Below are positions 51,574-62,261 of a stretch of 64,000 nucleotides of DNA, in pieces. Numbering within the stretch: the first letter of the stretch is position 1; the number at the start of each line of letters is the position of its first letter. This stretch comes from an uncultured Holophagae bacterium. GTDB lineage: Bacteria; Acidobacteriota; Thermoanaerobaculia; Thermoanaerobaculales; Sulfomarinibacteraceae. The notes under the pieces are model-generated. The model did not search any database. It saw only the letters and a list, made by a program, of their open reading frames with translations, and was not told the DNA's origin. Both the position numbers and the translations under genes were made by a program. The stretch covers positions 514,249 to 578,248 of the forward strand of contig CAVWIJ010000012.1 in the NCBI GenBank assembly GCA_963754985.1, in the 5' to 3' direction.

Positions 51574-52619
51574 TCATCCTCCCTGCCCTCGACCGCCGGT
51601 CGAGACATTTCGCGACGCGCGTTCCTCCATGACGCCCTTCACGAGGAGGGCGATGATCACCCCGCTGATGCCGATGCCGGCGGTCAGGATCATGATCGAG
51701 GAGGCGATCTGGAACTGCGAGCTGCTTGAGCAGCACCGAGGCGCAGGCGATGAAGATGGTGACCGCGAAGAGCAGGCGGATCGAGTAGCCGCGCACGTAC
51801 TTGACGGCCACCGTGCCGAGCTGCGCGCCGACCGCCGCGCCGAGCAGCATCCACATCGCCGCGATCAGGTCGACCCGGCCCTTGACGCCGTAGGTGAACG
51901 CGCCGTAGGCGCCGGTGATCATCACCTCGAACAGGTCGGTGCCCACCGCCACCAGCGGTCGGGCAGCCGACGAGGTAGATCAGCGCCGGCATGCGGATGA
52001 AGCCGCCGCCGACGCCGAGCACGCTGGCGACGACGCCGGTGATCAGGCCGACCAGGACCGGCAGCCACAGCGAGCAGGTGATGCCGGAGGCCTTGAAGTG
52101 GATCATCGGCGGGATGCGGATCCGCTGCAGCCGCTGGGCGAAGGTCTCGGCCGGTCGCCGGCGCCGTGCCCTCGATCGGCGCCTTGCGCGCTGCGGCGCG
52201 CGTGGCTGATGTAGTCGTAGAGCACGTAGCTGCCGATCAGCGCGAGGAAGACGATGTAGATCTTGCGGATGCACCGACTCGGCGAGCCCGACGCGCTCGA
52301 GGTACATGACCAGGCTCGCGCCGAGCTCCATGCCGACGGTCGTGCCGACGATCATGGAGACGCCGAGCCGGACGTCGACGTTGCCGAACTTGCCGTGGCG
52401 GATCGTCGAGACGATCGACTTGCCGCCCATGTGGGCGAGGTCGGTGCCGATGGCGTAGGGCATCGGGAAGCCGAAGATGTTGAGCGCCGGGGTGACGATC
52501 CAGGCGCCGCCGATGCCGAAGAAGCCGCCGCAGACGCCGACGGTGAAGCCGATCAGCAGCAGGAGCAGGACGTTGAAGTGGATTCCGGCGATGGGCAGGT
52601 AGATGGTGAAGAAGTCCAT
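51574..52619 (-). pseudogene. TSUP (TauE/SafE-like) permease with a long central loop and at least 4 frame changes as assembled
   Basis: The N-terminus lies in 51690..52619 (GFFGIGGAWIVTPALNIFGFPM). The second repeat is VLGVGGGFIRMPALIYLVG, followed by GTDLFEVMITGAYGAFTYGVKGRVD in 51569..51952. The last helix is QFQIASSIMILTAGIGISGVIIALL, ending at the TGA at 51574-51576. Confidence 0.6.
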
Positions 52620-52628
52620 GGGCGTCCC

Positions 52629-52970
52629 TCACTCGTGGTGGGCGGTGCGCCCGAGGTTGATGCCGAGCAAGGCCACGAGGCGGTCGGCGAGCAGCCCGAG
52701 GGTGAGGCCCATCCCGACCATGACGGCCACGACCGTCAGCCCGTACAGCCAGAAGCTCTCGTTGTAGAGGCCGGCGATCCAGTGGCCGATGCCGGGCGGC
52801 AGCTGGCGGGTGTCGGCGACGTTGACGAGCGTCGACTCCTTCTTGCCGCCGCCGGCCGCGAACGCCTGCGCGGCGCCGAGCCAGACGGTCGCGACGGCAA
52901 CCGACACGCGCCCCAGCAGATCGGGTTTCAGCGGCCGGGGTACGCACATCCATCTCCAGGAATGACTCAT
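52629..52970 (-). CDS. Small exported/membrane protein (signal peptide plus C-terminal TM helix)
   Basis: 113-aa ORF tightly spaced between the response regulator and the TSUP gene. VAVATVWLGAAQAFA is signal-like, and the C-terminal TM helix is LYGLTVVAVMVGMGLTLGLL. Confidence 0.45.
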   Translation of the reverse strand: MSHSWRWMCVPRPLKPDLLGRVSVAVATVWLGAAQAFAAGGGKKESTLVNVADTRQLPPGIGHWIAGLYNESFWLYGLTVVAVMVGMGLTLGLLADRLVALLGINLGRTAHHE

Positions 52971-52994
52971 GGAGCCCCCTCCTCGCGGCGACCG

Positions 52995-53384
52995 CTAGTC
53001 GCCGCCCTTCCTTCCGGTTTCAACGGTGGCTTCGATGGCGGTGCACAGGGTCTCGATGGCGACCGGCTTGAGCAGGTAGTCGGTGGCGCCGGCCCGCATG
53101 CCCTCGATGCCCGAGTCGACCTTGCCGTGCCCGGTGAGCACGATGACCTTGATGCTCGGGTAGCTCGCACGGATCCGGCGCAGCGCCTCGAGCCCGCCCA
53201 TGCCCGGCATCTTGAGGTCGAGAATGATGACGTCGATGGTCCGCTCGGGGAGCGCGGCCAGGGCCTCCTCCCCCGAGCTCACGAAGTGCGCGTCGAAGCC
53301 GCGGGCCGAGAGACGGGCGGTCAACGCGGACGCGAAGTCGGTCTCGTCGTCGACCACCAGCACCCGGATCGGCGAAGCTGACAC
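52995..53384 (-). CDS. Stand-alone CheY-like response regulator receiver protein
   Basis: Intact 129-aa ORF with VLVVDDE, the phospho-acceptor Asp in VIILDLKMPGMGG, VIVLTGH and YLLKP. Confidence 0.85.
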   Translation of the reverse strand: MSASPIRVLVVDDETDFASALTARLSARGFDAHFVSSGEEALAALPERTIDVIILDLKMPGMGGLEALRRIRASYPSIKVIVLTGHGKVDSGIEGMRAGATDYLLKPVAIETLCTAIEATVETGRKGGD

Positions 53385-53576
53385 CAGACGGGCACCTCTC
53401 GTCCCCCCGGCCGGCTGCGGGCGGAGGACCGACTCGTCGGACGATAACCCGGCCCCGGGGGACTGTCAACGAGGATCGCGGGTGCAGGCTCACGGTCTCG
53501 GTTAAACGCAACAAAACCTGCGAGCGGCGGCGTCCCGGGCAGCCGGTCCCGTGGACAGGATTCGCGCAACCCGGTC

Positions 53577-54360
53577 TCAATCTGCCCGGAAGCTCGTCTC
53601 GGACAGGTCCTCCTGCCGGACCTCAGGGTCGCTCAACACGCCTCCGGTAAGCGTGATGTCGAAAACCTGGCTGAAGGCCTCGAGGACGGCGTGCTCGAGC
53701 TCGGGGAGCGGGCAGGGGCGGCCGAGCTGGTCGGCCATGGTCGTCACGCTGGCGCGCAGGCTGCGGTCGTCGGACAGGCCCATCGAGCCGGCCTGGAGGC
53801 GGCCGTCCCAGTCGAGCAGGATCGCGCCGTGCTGGAGCACCGCGCCGCCGTGGGCGCGCATCGCCGAGCCGATCAGCTTGCGGCCGCCGACCACCACCTC
53901 GCCGCCGGCCGGGGCCTCGAAGCAGGGGATGGCCGAGGCCGGGCTCGGCAGCTGGAGGTTGACCTCGCCCGGGGTCAGCTCGGCCGCGATCCCGAGGCTG
54001 CGGCAGGCCGCGACCAGCGGCTCGCAGATCCGACGGTAGGCGTCCTGCAGGGCGCGCGGGAGCGGCCCCTCGCCGAGCGGCGCGACCACCGCGTAGGTCA
54101 GCTCGAGGTGGTGGAGCAGGGCGCGGCCGCCGGTCGGCCGCCGCACCACGTCGATGCCGTGGGCGCGGCAGAAGGCGAGGTCGGCCGCCTCTGGACCCTG
54201 GTGCCGGCCGAGCGACAGGCACGGCGGGTCCCAGCCGTAGAGGCGCAGGGTCGGCGGCGCGTCGCCGTGGGCGACCGCCTCGAGCATCGCCACGTCGCGC
54301 GCCATGTTGCGCGCCCCGGGGAGCTCGCCGTCGCGGATGAGCCGCCAGCGTCGCCGTCAT
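53577..54360 (-). CDS. Lipoate-protein ligase / octanoyltransferase family protein (BPL_LplA_LipB) with a probable N-terminal frame break
   Basis: Track ORF 53577..54305 shows LRLYGWDPPCLSLGRHQ, VVRRPTGGRALLHH and GRKLIGSAMR. The upstream in-frame WRLIRDGELPGARN has no start codon, and the ATG at 54360 (MTATL) is one frame off. Confidence 0.7.
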
Positions 54361-54573
54361 CCCGAGCACTCTAGCGCGTCACGGTTCCCCCGCAACCCGG
54401 CCATCTTGAGGAAAGCCTGGTGGTCCGGCAGCTCGGACACCGATTCCGCAACTTTTCCTGAACTTTTCCTCACGACTTTCAGCCCGCCGGGGCCCAGGTT
54501 ATGAGCGTCTCGAGGCGCTGCCGCGCGAGGAGCGCGGTTGAGCAGACCTCTCGGGGCTCGAAAGGGGGAGACC

Positions 54574-55625
54574 ATGAAGCGTTCGAGGCTGGCGATTGCA
54601 TCACTGTGGCCGCTCGGCCTGGCCCTCGCCGTCCTGCTGGCGGCGGGCACGGCTGAGGGCCAGACACCCTGGACCAAGGATCCGGCCAACCCGGTGCTCG
54701 AGGCGGGCGATCCTGGCGCGTGGGACCAGGGCGGTGTCGTGTCCGGCGCCGTCCTCTTCGACGGATCGACCTACCACATGTGGTACGCGGGCCTGCGCAC
54801 AATCCCTCCGGTGTGGCCTGACGCCGACATCGGCTACGCCTGGTCGCAGGATGGGGTGACCTGGAACAGGCACCCGGACCCCGTGCTCGTGCGAGATGGC
54901 ACCTGGGACTCCGCCGGGATCTGCCCGGGGGCGGTCGTGTGGGACGGCGCCCTCTATCACATGTGGTACGTCGGCGGCACGTCGTCGAGCTTCACGCAGA
55001 CCGGCTACGCCACCTCGCCGGACGGGGTGACGTGGACGCCGTACGGAGGCAACCCGGTGCTCACTGGGGATCCGGCGGCTGGGACGAGGCCAAGGCGGAC
55101 ATCCACTGCGGTGATCGCCGATGGGGGGACCTACCTCGCCTGGTACAACGGCTGTCCCGCCGCCGGATCGCCGGGATGCGCAGGGTTATGCCACCTCACC
55201 GGACGGGGTGGTCTGGGACAAACACCCGGATCCGGTCTTGTGGCCGCTCGGGTATGGATGGGACGGCGACGACGTGCAAAACGCGGCCGTAGAGTTCGAC
55301 GGCACCTACCACATGTGGTACCGCGGCTTCGGGTCCGTGGCTCCAGATCGGCCACGCGGCGTCGAGGACGGCGTCGACTGGGTCCGGCAGCCGGCGAACG
55401 CACCGGTGCTCGAACTGCGGCCAGGCTGGAGCCTGGGACCGCGGGGGAGTGGACATGCCTCAGGTGGCCCTGATTGGGGACACCGCCCACATGTGGTACA
55501 CGGGCTGGGTCGGCGGCCTGCAGTCGATCGCGATCGGCCACGCCACGGCCCCGCTCCCGTTGCCGATGTTCGTCGACGGCTTCGAGTCCGGCGACACCTC
55601 GGCCTGGTCCCTGACCGTGCCATAG
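54574..55625 (+). pseudogene. Exported five-bladed beta-propeller glycosidase-like protein (GH43/GH130/DUF377-like) with at least 4 frame changes as assembled
   Basis: The ATG at 54574 follows AAAGGGGGAG and is followed by a signal peptide. The blade unit recurs: DPANPVL..G..GAWD..GV..GAV.FDGSTYHMWY, SQDGVTWNRHPDPVL, SPDGVTWTPYGGNPVL, SPDGVVWDKHPDPVL, FDGTYHMWY and GDTAHMWY. The stop is at 55623-55625. Confidence 0.5.
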
Positions 55626-55833
55626 GTCGCGATGCAGGCGACCTCGACTCGCATCCCGGCACTCGGCCGAGTGCCGGGATGCTCGCTCGGGGTAACGGCG
55701 GACGAGGGTTGCACTCGGGGGTCAACCGCACTGCGGCCCGAGGGGTTTGCCGATGGCGGAGATCATCCGGTTCCCGCGCGTTCGTGCCGGGCGAGGCGGG
55801 CCCGTCCGCCCGGCGCGTCCCCTCGCCCCGAGA

Positions 55834-55839
55834 TATAAT
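55834..55839 (+). promoter_or_regulatory. Candidate -10 box (TATAAT) 9 nt upstream of the STAND gene ATG, suggesting a leaderless or near-leaderless transcript
   Basis: An exact TATAAT in an otherwise roughly 70% GC context. There is no Shine-Dalgarno between it and the ATG at 55849, and no convincing -35 box. Confidence 0.25.
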
Positions 55840-55848
55840 CGCGACAGA

Positions 55849-58800
55849 ATGGCCACCAGAACAGAGAGCATCACCGAGGCCGGTGCTCGGTTTTGCGTCG
55901 GCGACTGGTTCGTCGAGCCGAGCCTCAACCGGATCTCGCGCGGCAGCGTCGCGACCCAGGTCGAACGCAAGGCCATGGACGTCCTGGTCTATCTCGCCGG
56001 GCGAGCCGGGGAGGTCGTGGACCGGCGGGAGCTCCAGGACGCGATCTGGGAGACCGAGTTCGTCTCCTACAACACGGTCGCAGCGCGGATCTACGAGCTC
56101 CGCGAGGCCCTCGAGGATGACGCGAAGGCCCCCCGCTACATCGAGACCATTCCCAAGCGCGGCTACCGGCTGATCGCGACGGTCCGCTTCAGCGAAGTGC
56201 CGGAGCCTGACGCCGGCGTGCTCGCGGAGTCGCTGCGCGAGCAGCCCGACGAGCGGTCGCCGTACCCGGGGCTCGAGCCGTTCACCGACGTCGACGCCGA
56301 GGACTTCTTCGGCCGCGAGGCCGAGATCGCGGCGCTGTGGCGCAAGATCGCGAGCCGCCGGCTGCTGGCGGTGGTCGGGCCCCTCCGGCGCGGGCAAGAG
56401 CTCGCTGGTGCGGGCCGGGGTGGTCGCCAGGGCGCCGCCGGGTTGGCGGGCGGTGGTCTGCCAGCCCGGCGAGGATCCCTTCCTGGCCGTGGCGAGGGCG
56501 CTGGCGCCGGACGTGGTGGGCGACGCCGAGGAGATGCGGCGGCTGCTGGCGTTCCACGACCTCGACGTGGCGCTGGCCGTGGCGGCGCGGTGGCGGGGCC
56601 GCTGGGACGAGGCGCTGCTCGTGGTCGACCAGTTCGAGGAGCTCTTCACCCTCAACCCGGAGCCGGCGCGGGAGCGCTTCGCCGAGCTGCTGCGGCGGCT
56701 GGTGGACGCGGCCGGGATCCACGTCGTGCTGGTGCTGCGGGACGACTTCCTGCTCGACTGCCACCGCCACCGGGAGCTCGAGCCGATCTTCAGCGATCTG
56801 ACTCCGGTCGGACCGCCGGCAGGCAGGGAGCTGCGGCGGGCGCTGACCGAGCCGGCGGCGAGGCGGCTCTACGGCTTCGAGAGCGAGTCGATGGTCGACG
56901 AGATGGTGGGGGAGGTGGAGGCGGAGCGGGGGGCGCTGCCGCTGCTCGCCTTCGCGGTGTCGCGGCTGTGGGAGCTGCGGGATCGGGAGCGACGGCTGCT
57001 GACGCGGGAGGCGTACGAGCGGATCGGCGGGGTCGTCGGGGCGCTGGCGCAGCACGCGGAGGCGACGCTGGAGAGGATCGGACGCGAGCGGCTGCCGATC
57101 GTGCGCGAGCTGTTCCGCAACCTGGTGACGGCGCAGGGGACGCGGGCGGTGCGCGAGTGGGACGAGCTTCTCTCCGTGTTTGCCGATTCGCGACGCGAAT
57201 CGGCCCGCGAGGTGCTGCGGGCGCTCATCGACGCGCGGCTGCTGACCTCGTTCGAGGACGACGCGGCCGAAGGGTCTGCTGGAGGGGCAGGCCACAGAGT
57301 CGAGATCGTGCACGAGTCGCTGCTGCGGGCCTGGCCGCGGCTCGTGCGCTGGCAGACCCAGGATGCCGACGCTGTCCAGCTCCGCGACCAGCTCCGCCAG
57401 GCGGCGCGGACCTGGGACGAGCGGGGGCGGCCCGACGACCTGCTGTGGAGCGGTTCCTCGTTCCAGGAGTACGCAGCTGTGGCGCGCCCGCTACCCGGGC
57501 GGGCTCACCGAGCTCGAGGAGGCCTTCGCTGCCGCCATGACCTCGCTCGCGACTCGCCGCCGTCGCCGTCGCCGGATCGCCGCAACGATCATCGTCGTCT
57601 TCCTCGCTGCGGTAGCGATCGTGCTGTTCGCGCTCTGGCGCCGGAGCGTGCACGAGACCCGCCGAGCCGAGGCGGCAAAGCTGTTGGCCCTCGCCCAGGC
57701 GCGGCTGGTCGACGACCCGACCGAGGCGCTGGCCCTGACCACGGCGAGCCTGGAGGTCGCCGACACGCGGGAGGCGCGCGAGTTCGTGATGCGGGCCCTG
57801 TGGGCCGCGCCGCCGGCCCTCGAGCTCGAGGTGGAGACCGCGCTGGAGCGCAGGGAGGTGAGCTTCAGCCCGGACGGCCGACACGTCGCCGTGGCCGGTA
57901 CCGTGCCCGAGGTGCGGGTGTGGTCGGACGACGGACAGGGACCGATCCGGCTCGGCGGTCACTCCACCAAACCACCGAACATCGCACTCTGGGCGGCGGA
58001 TGATCTCGTCGTCACCGCGGAGGGCGGCGGCGATCAACGGCTCGCGTTCGGCGATCGAGCGAGGCTGTGGTCGATCCCTGACGGCCGGCTCCTGCGCACC
58101 ATCGAGCTCGGCACGCCGGCGCTCTGGTACGTCGGGCCCCGGCGCCTGTTCGCCCAGATCGAGCAGGGCGAGGGGGCGCAGCGCCGCATGGAGCTCAGGT
58201 CCTGGCGGCTGCCGGATGGCTCTGAGGAGCTGCTCGACAGTCTGTCCCCCGCCGCGCTCGCCGGCATTTCCGACCTCGTCGCCGCTCCGGACGGCTCGGG
58301 CTGGGTGGTGGCGAGGGACAGCGAGTTGCTCCTCCGCCCGTTCGACGGTGGCCGGCCGGAGAGGCGGCTCGAGGTGCTCGGTGCGGCGCCGTACGCGGTG
58401 CCCTACGGGGCGGAGAGCGTTCTCGTCGAGGACCAGGCCGGCGCCCTGCGGCTGTGGAATTTCGGCGGTGAGGCGCCTGGGCGATCCTGGTCGATCCAGC
58501 GTCCGGCCGCCGCCACGAAGAGCCTCCCCGACTGGCAGGGACGCCGGGTCGCGCGCCTTGGTCCGGACAAGCAGTCACTCCAGGTGTGGGAGCTTGGCGG
58601 CCTGCCCGGGTCGAGGCCCCTCGAGCTGCGGCGCAGCGGCTTCTGGTACGACCCGAACTTCGCGTTCCACCCGGGGGGCTCCTGGTGCGCCGCGACCACC
58701 CACGTCGAGAAGCGCCTCACGATGTGGCCGATCGCACGGCCATATCCCAGCGTTCTCGAGGGCTTCGAGTTCCCGCGCTACCGCAAGCCGCTCGCCTTCA

Positions 58801-59816
58801 GCCCCGACAGCCAGTGGCTCGCCGTCGGCTGGGACGGGGGCGTCCGGCTGCTGCCGGTGCGAGGCGGAGATCCCGCCGCGGTGCGAGAGCTGAGCCTGCC
58901 GATCGACGGCGCCGGCTCCGACATCCGCTTCGACCTCGAGGGTCGTTTTCTCTTCGTGGTGGCCATGGTCGACGCCTGGGTCGCGCCGCTCGACGGCGGA
59001 CCGGCCCGTCTGGTGGTTTCCGCGGTCGACGAGCGCCAGATCGAGCAGGGCGCGATCTCGCCCACCGGCAGGCGGGTCGCGAGCGGCTACTTCATGGGCC
59101 AGGGCCCGTTCGAGCTGTACGTCGTCGATGTCGCCACCGGCGCCCGCACCGCCTTCAACCTTCCTTGGATCGGAGACGTGTCCGAGCGAGAGGCCGGCAT
59201 CATCAGCCCGGAGTTTCTGGACGAGGAGACCCTCCTGACCATGGGCGGGGGCGGCCTCCGGCGCTGGGACCTCGCCACGGGCGAGCAGGAGCTCATGGTG
59301 GCGAACGACGGTCGGAGGTGGATGGACGCGAGCCCGAGCGCCGGCCTCGCAGTCGCCTGGGGTATGGGCGCGGACCTCGCTCCGCCCGTCGAGCTGATCG
59401 ACCTCGCCGCCTGGACGAGCCGGCCGCTTCCGGGCTTCGGCGGCGACGTCGAGTGGGTGGACCTCGATCCCTCGGGGACGGTCGTGGCGGCGGGCAGCAC
59501 CGACGGCACGATCCGGGTCGCCCGCCTCGACGGCGGCGAGCCGCAGCTGCTGCTCGGACACGCGGGATCCGTGACCCAGGTGGCCATCTCCCCTGACCTG
59601 CGCTGGCTGGCCTCGGCCGGCGCGGACAACACGCTCCGCCTGTGGCCGATGCCGGACCTGTCGAAACCGCCGCTGCACACCCTGCCCCACGACGAGCTGC
59701 TGGCCAAGCTCCACTCGCTGACCAACCTGCGCGCCGTGCGCGACCCCGCCTCCGACACCGGCTGGACGATCGAGCTCGGCCCCTTCCCCGGTTGGCGCGA
59801 AGTCCCCACCTGGTGA
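55849..59816 (+). CDS. wHTH (OmpR/CadC-type) - STAND P-loop NTPase - TM helix - WD40/beta-propeller protein of about 1320 aa with two frame breaks
   Basis: Track ORFs 55747.. (f1), 56408.. (f2) and 57363..59816 (f3) are joined at about 56380 and about 57475. The wHTH reads VERKAMDVLVYLAGRAGEVVDRRELQDAIW...IETIPKRGYRL. Walker A is restored as VVGPSGAGKSSLVRAG, and Walker B is LLVVDQFEELF. The TM helix is IAATIIVVFLAAVAIVLFALW. A terminal WD40 repeat reads LLGHAGSVTQVAISPDLRWLASAGADNTLRLWPM. Confidence 0.7.
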
Positions 59817-59970
59817 GCCGAAGATCACAATGAGCCCGCCTGGCGCTGCGGGATTGCTTGAGCGGTCGTCCGCTTTCGGGCGTCAGGCAGTGTCCCTCGG
59901 ATAGATTGGGACTTCGGACGGTTGCGCTCGAGGGTCCGAGCCGAGCCGCCCGAACGAGGAGCGAGAAGAG

Positions 59971-60474
59971 GTGGCTTCACTTCCTGACGTCTTTGGGGTG
60001 CTCAATGAAATGAAGGCCGAAGGCGTCGTCGAGGATTATGCCCTCGGTGGTGCGATGGCGGTTCTCTTCTACGCTGAGCCGACGCGGACCTACGACCTCG
60101 GTGTTTTTGTGATCCTGCCTCCTTCCGACCAGCCGATCGTCACCCTGACACCGGTCTACGCTTGGTTGCGCGCACGCGGCTTTGAGGCGCACGCCGAGCA
60201 CGTGCTGATCCACGGCGTACCGGTTCAGCTCATTCCGGCGTACAACGAGCTCGTGGAAGAGGCGATCACGGCAGCCCGAAATCACGACTACGACGACGTG
60301 ACGGTGCGGGTGTGCCCACCCGAGCATCTGATCGCACTCGCGCTTCAGGCCGGCGGCGGCAAGCGGCGGGAGCGGGCGCACCAGCTGCTCGAAACGGCGG
60401 ACATCGACCGTGCGCTTCTCGACGAGATCATGAGCCGCCACGGGATCCAGGGACCCTGGAGCCACGATGGGTGA
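59971..60474 (+). CDS. Nucleotidyltransferase-fold-like small protein with a degenerate catalytic motif
   Basis: Intact 167-aa ORF with a GTG start after GAGGAGCGAGAAGAG. YALGGAMAVLFYAEPTRTYDLGVFV resembles hG[GS]-x(n)-D-x-D, but the second acidic residue is Gly. Confidence 0.45.
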   Translation: MASLPDVFGVLNEMKAEGVVEDYALGGAMAVLFYAEPTRTYDLGVFVILPPSDQPIVTLTPVYAWLRARGFEAHAEHVLIHGVPVQLIPAYNELVEEAITAARNHDYDDVTVRVCPPEHLIALALQAGGGKRRERAHQLLETADIDRALLDEIMSRHGIQGPWSHDG

Positions 60475-60667
60475 CGGACCAAGCTCCCGCGGGGACCGGG
60501 TCGCGGACGTCTTCCGCGCCAAGGCGGAGTGGCACCGCCGGCAGGCGCGCCTCCCGATCAAGGAGAAGGTGCGGATCCTGCTCGAGCTGCAGCGACAGGA
60601 TCATCTCCTCCTGAAGCAGCACCGTCAGCTCGAGTGGTGGGAAGAGCCCTGGCGGATCGATCCCTGA
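60467..60667 (+). CDS. Small hypothetical protein (66 aa) overlapping the preceding gene by 8 nt
   Basis: The start overlaps the upstream stop (ATGGGTGA). The helical, charged sequence AKAEWHRRQARLPIKEKVRILLELQRQ is non-repetitive. I recognise no family. Confidence 0.4.
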   Translation: MGDGPSSRGDRVADVFRAKAEWHRRQARLPIKEKVRILLELQRQDHLLLKQHRQLEWWEEPWRIDP

Positions 60668-60707
60668 GCGACAAAGTCAATCGTCATGTCGGGGGCGAGC
60701 CGCTGCT

Positions 60708-61106
60708 CTACAAGGGGTTGAAGGTCAGGAAGGCTCTGGGAGAGATGATTGGGAGGCCCTCGAACGCCTCGAGGACGAGGAGGTCGTCGTCGCCCGTCAC
60801 CAGGCACGCAGCGCCGCATGATAAAGCGAGCGCCAGCACGGCATCGTCGTCATGGTCGCGGCACACCGGCTTTGGGAGCGGATCAGGGTTCACGATCTGA
60901 CCGACTCGACGAAGCAGGGCCACGGCCCTATCCACACGCGTTCTGTCGAATCCCAGCTTCCCGACCATCACGCCCTCGAACTCGTTGAGGATGTGAGCAC
61001 TCAGAATGAGCTCGTTGTCCCCGATGACGCGTTCGAAGACCTCCGAGCAGACACCTCGCGCGATGAAGGCGGCCACCAGCACGTTGGTGTCGAGAACGAC
61101 CCTCAT
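60708..61106 (-). CDS. vapC: PIN-domain toxin (VapC-like, PIN_3 type)
   Basis: Intact 132-aa ORF with MRVVLDTNVLVAA (first acidic residue), DHDDDAVLALAL and LVTGDDDL. It overlaps the upstream antitoxin by 4 nt. Confidence 0.8.
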   Translation of the reverse strand: MRVVLDTNVLVAAFIARGVCSEVFERVIGDNELILSAHILNEFEGVMVGKLGFDRTRVDRAVALLRRVGQIVNPDPLPKPVCRDHDDDAVLALALSCGAACLVTGDDDLLVLEAFEGLPIISPRAFLTFNPL

Positions 61107-61321
61107 GACACGCGGTCGAAGACGTCCTCGTCGGTGACGATGCCCTTTGACTCGGCCTCGATGGTCAGCTCGGCGCGCAGGGCGCGGTACTCGCGCAGCG
61201 TGAAGTACCTCTTCAGCGCATCGCGCACGACCTCGCTTCTGGTGGTCCCTTCCTCACGGCTGACCGCATCGAGTTCGTCGGTCAGCGTCTCGGGCAAGCT
61301 CACGGTGACGGCCTTTCTCAC
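61103..61321 (-). CDS. vapB: Ribbon-helix-helix (CopG-type) antitoxin
   Basis: 72-aa ORF with KAVTVSLPETLTDELDAVSREEGTTRSEVVRDALKRYF, the RHH pattern. Its stop overlaps the vapC start. Confidence 0.75.
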   Translation of the reverse strand: MRKAVTVSLPETLTDELDAVSREEGTTRSEVVRDALKRYFTLREYRALRAELTIEAESKGIVTDEDVFDRVS

Positions 61322-61451
61322 GCTGGCCTCCTGTATGAGATTCTAACACAGGGAGATGTCGCAATTTCCATTCCGTGATGTGCAGCTTCGAACCTCACCG
61401 TGCTGGTAGCTCGGCATGATCTCGAGTGGCGGTCGGGCAGCTCGTTCAGGC

Positions 61452-61476
61452 AGGGACGGGAACGGGGACGGGAACA
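61452..61476. repeat. Short hexamer tract (locus R12)
   Basis: AGGGACGGGAACGGGGACGGGAACAGG is the same GGGAAC/GGGGAC variant seen, reverse-complemented, at 34708-34745 and 30868-30885. Confidence 0.4.
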
Positions 61477-61587
61477 GGCGGTGCGGGAGATCCGATCCCG
61501 GAGCTCCGAGGCCCGAAGCCGAGGCCCGACTGACCTACACTGTGGAACGAAGCGCTCCGGGTCCGCGTTGGCCGCGTCGGAGGTCGG

Positions 61588-62260
61588 GTGAGTTCCGGAA
61601 TTGTGCTCAAGCTCGTTGATGCGTGCCGCCACTACCAGCGCGGCGAGGAGATCGTGCGCGCGCTCGACGGCGTCTCGATGGTAGGTGGCGGCGGGCGAGT
61701 CGATCGCGCTGGTCGGGGCCTCGGGCTCGGGCAAGTCGACCCTGCTCAACCTGGTGTCGGCGGTCGACCGGCCGAGCTCGGGCCGGGTCGAGGTCTGCGG
61801 GATCGAGCTGGCCACGGCCTCCGAGGACGAGCTGCTCGGGCTGCGCCGGCGCTGCATCGGGCTCGTCTTCCAGGCCTTCCACCTGGTGCCCCACCTGACG
61901 GCCGAGGAGAACGTGGCCTTGCCGCTCGCGCTGGACGGCCGCAGCGACCCCGAGCGGGTGGCGGAGCTGCTCCGGCGGGTCGGCCTCGCGCACCGGCGCA
62001 GCCACTACCCCTCGGAGCTGTCCGGCGGCGAGCAGCAGCGGACCGCGCTCGCCCGCGCCCTCGTCCACCGGCCGCGGCTGCTGGTCGCCGACGAGCCGAC
62101 CGGCAATCTCGACTCGCGCACCGGCTCGGCGGTGCTCGAGCTGCTCGCCGAGCTGCGCCGGGAGGAGGGGGCGGCGCTGCTGCTCGCGACCCACGACGAG
62201 TCCGTCGCCGCGGCTGCGGACCGGATCGTCCACCTCCACGACGGCAGGATCATTCAATGA
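61588..62260 (+). CDS. ABC transporter ATP-binding protein (LolD/MacB/FtsE-like) with one frame break
   Basis: The GTG at 61588 gives [31 protein letters not shown] (f1). This joins track ORF 61685..62260 at about 61682 ([46 protein letters not shown]). Confidence 0.8.
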
Positions 62261-62261
62261 A

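Noticed and set aside
55747-55848. The upstream start (55747, MPMAEIIRFPRVRAGRGG...) for the STAND gene
   Set aside because: The extra 34 residues are Arg/Pro/Gly-rich and contain the TATAAT box. The wHTH domain begins right after the ATG at 55849. The choice remains uncertain.
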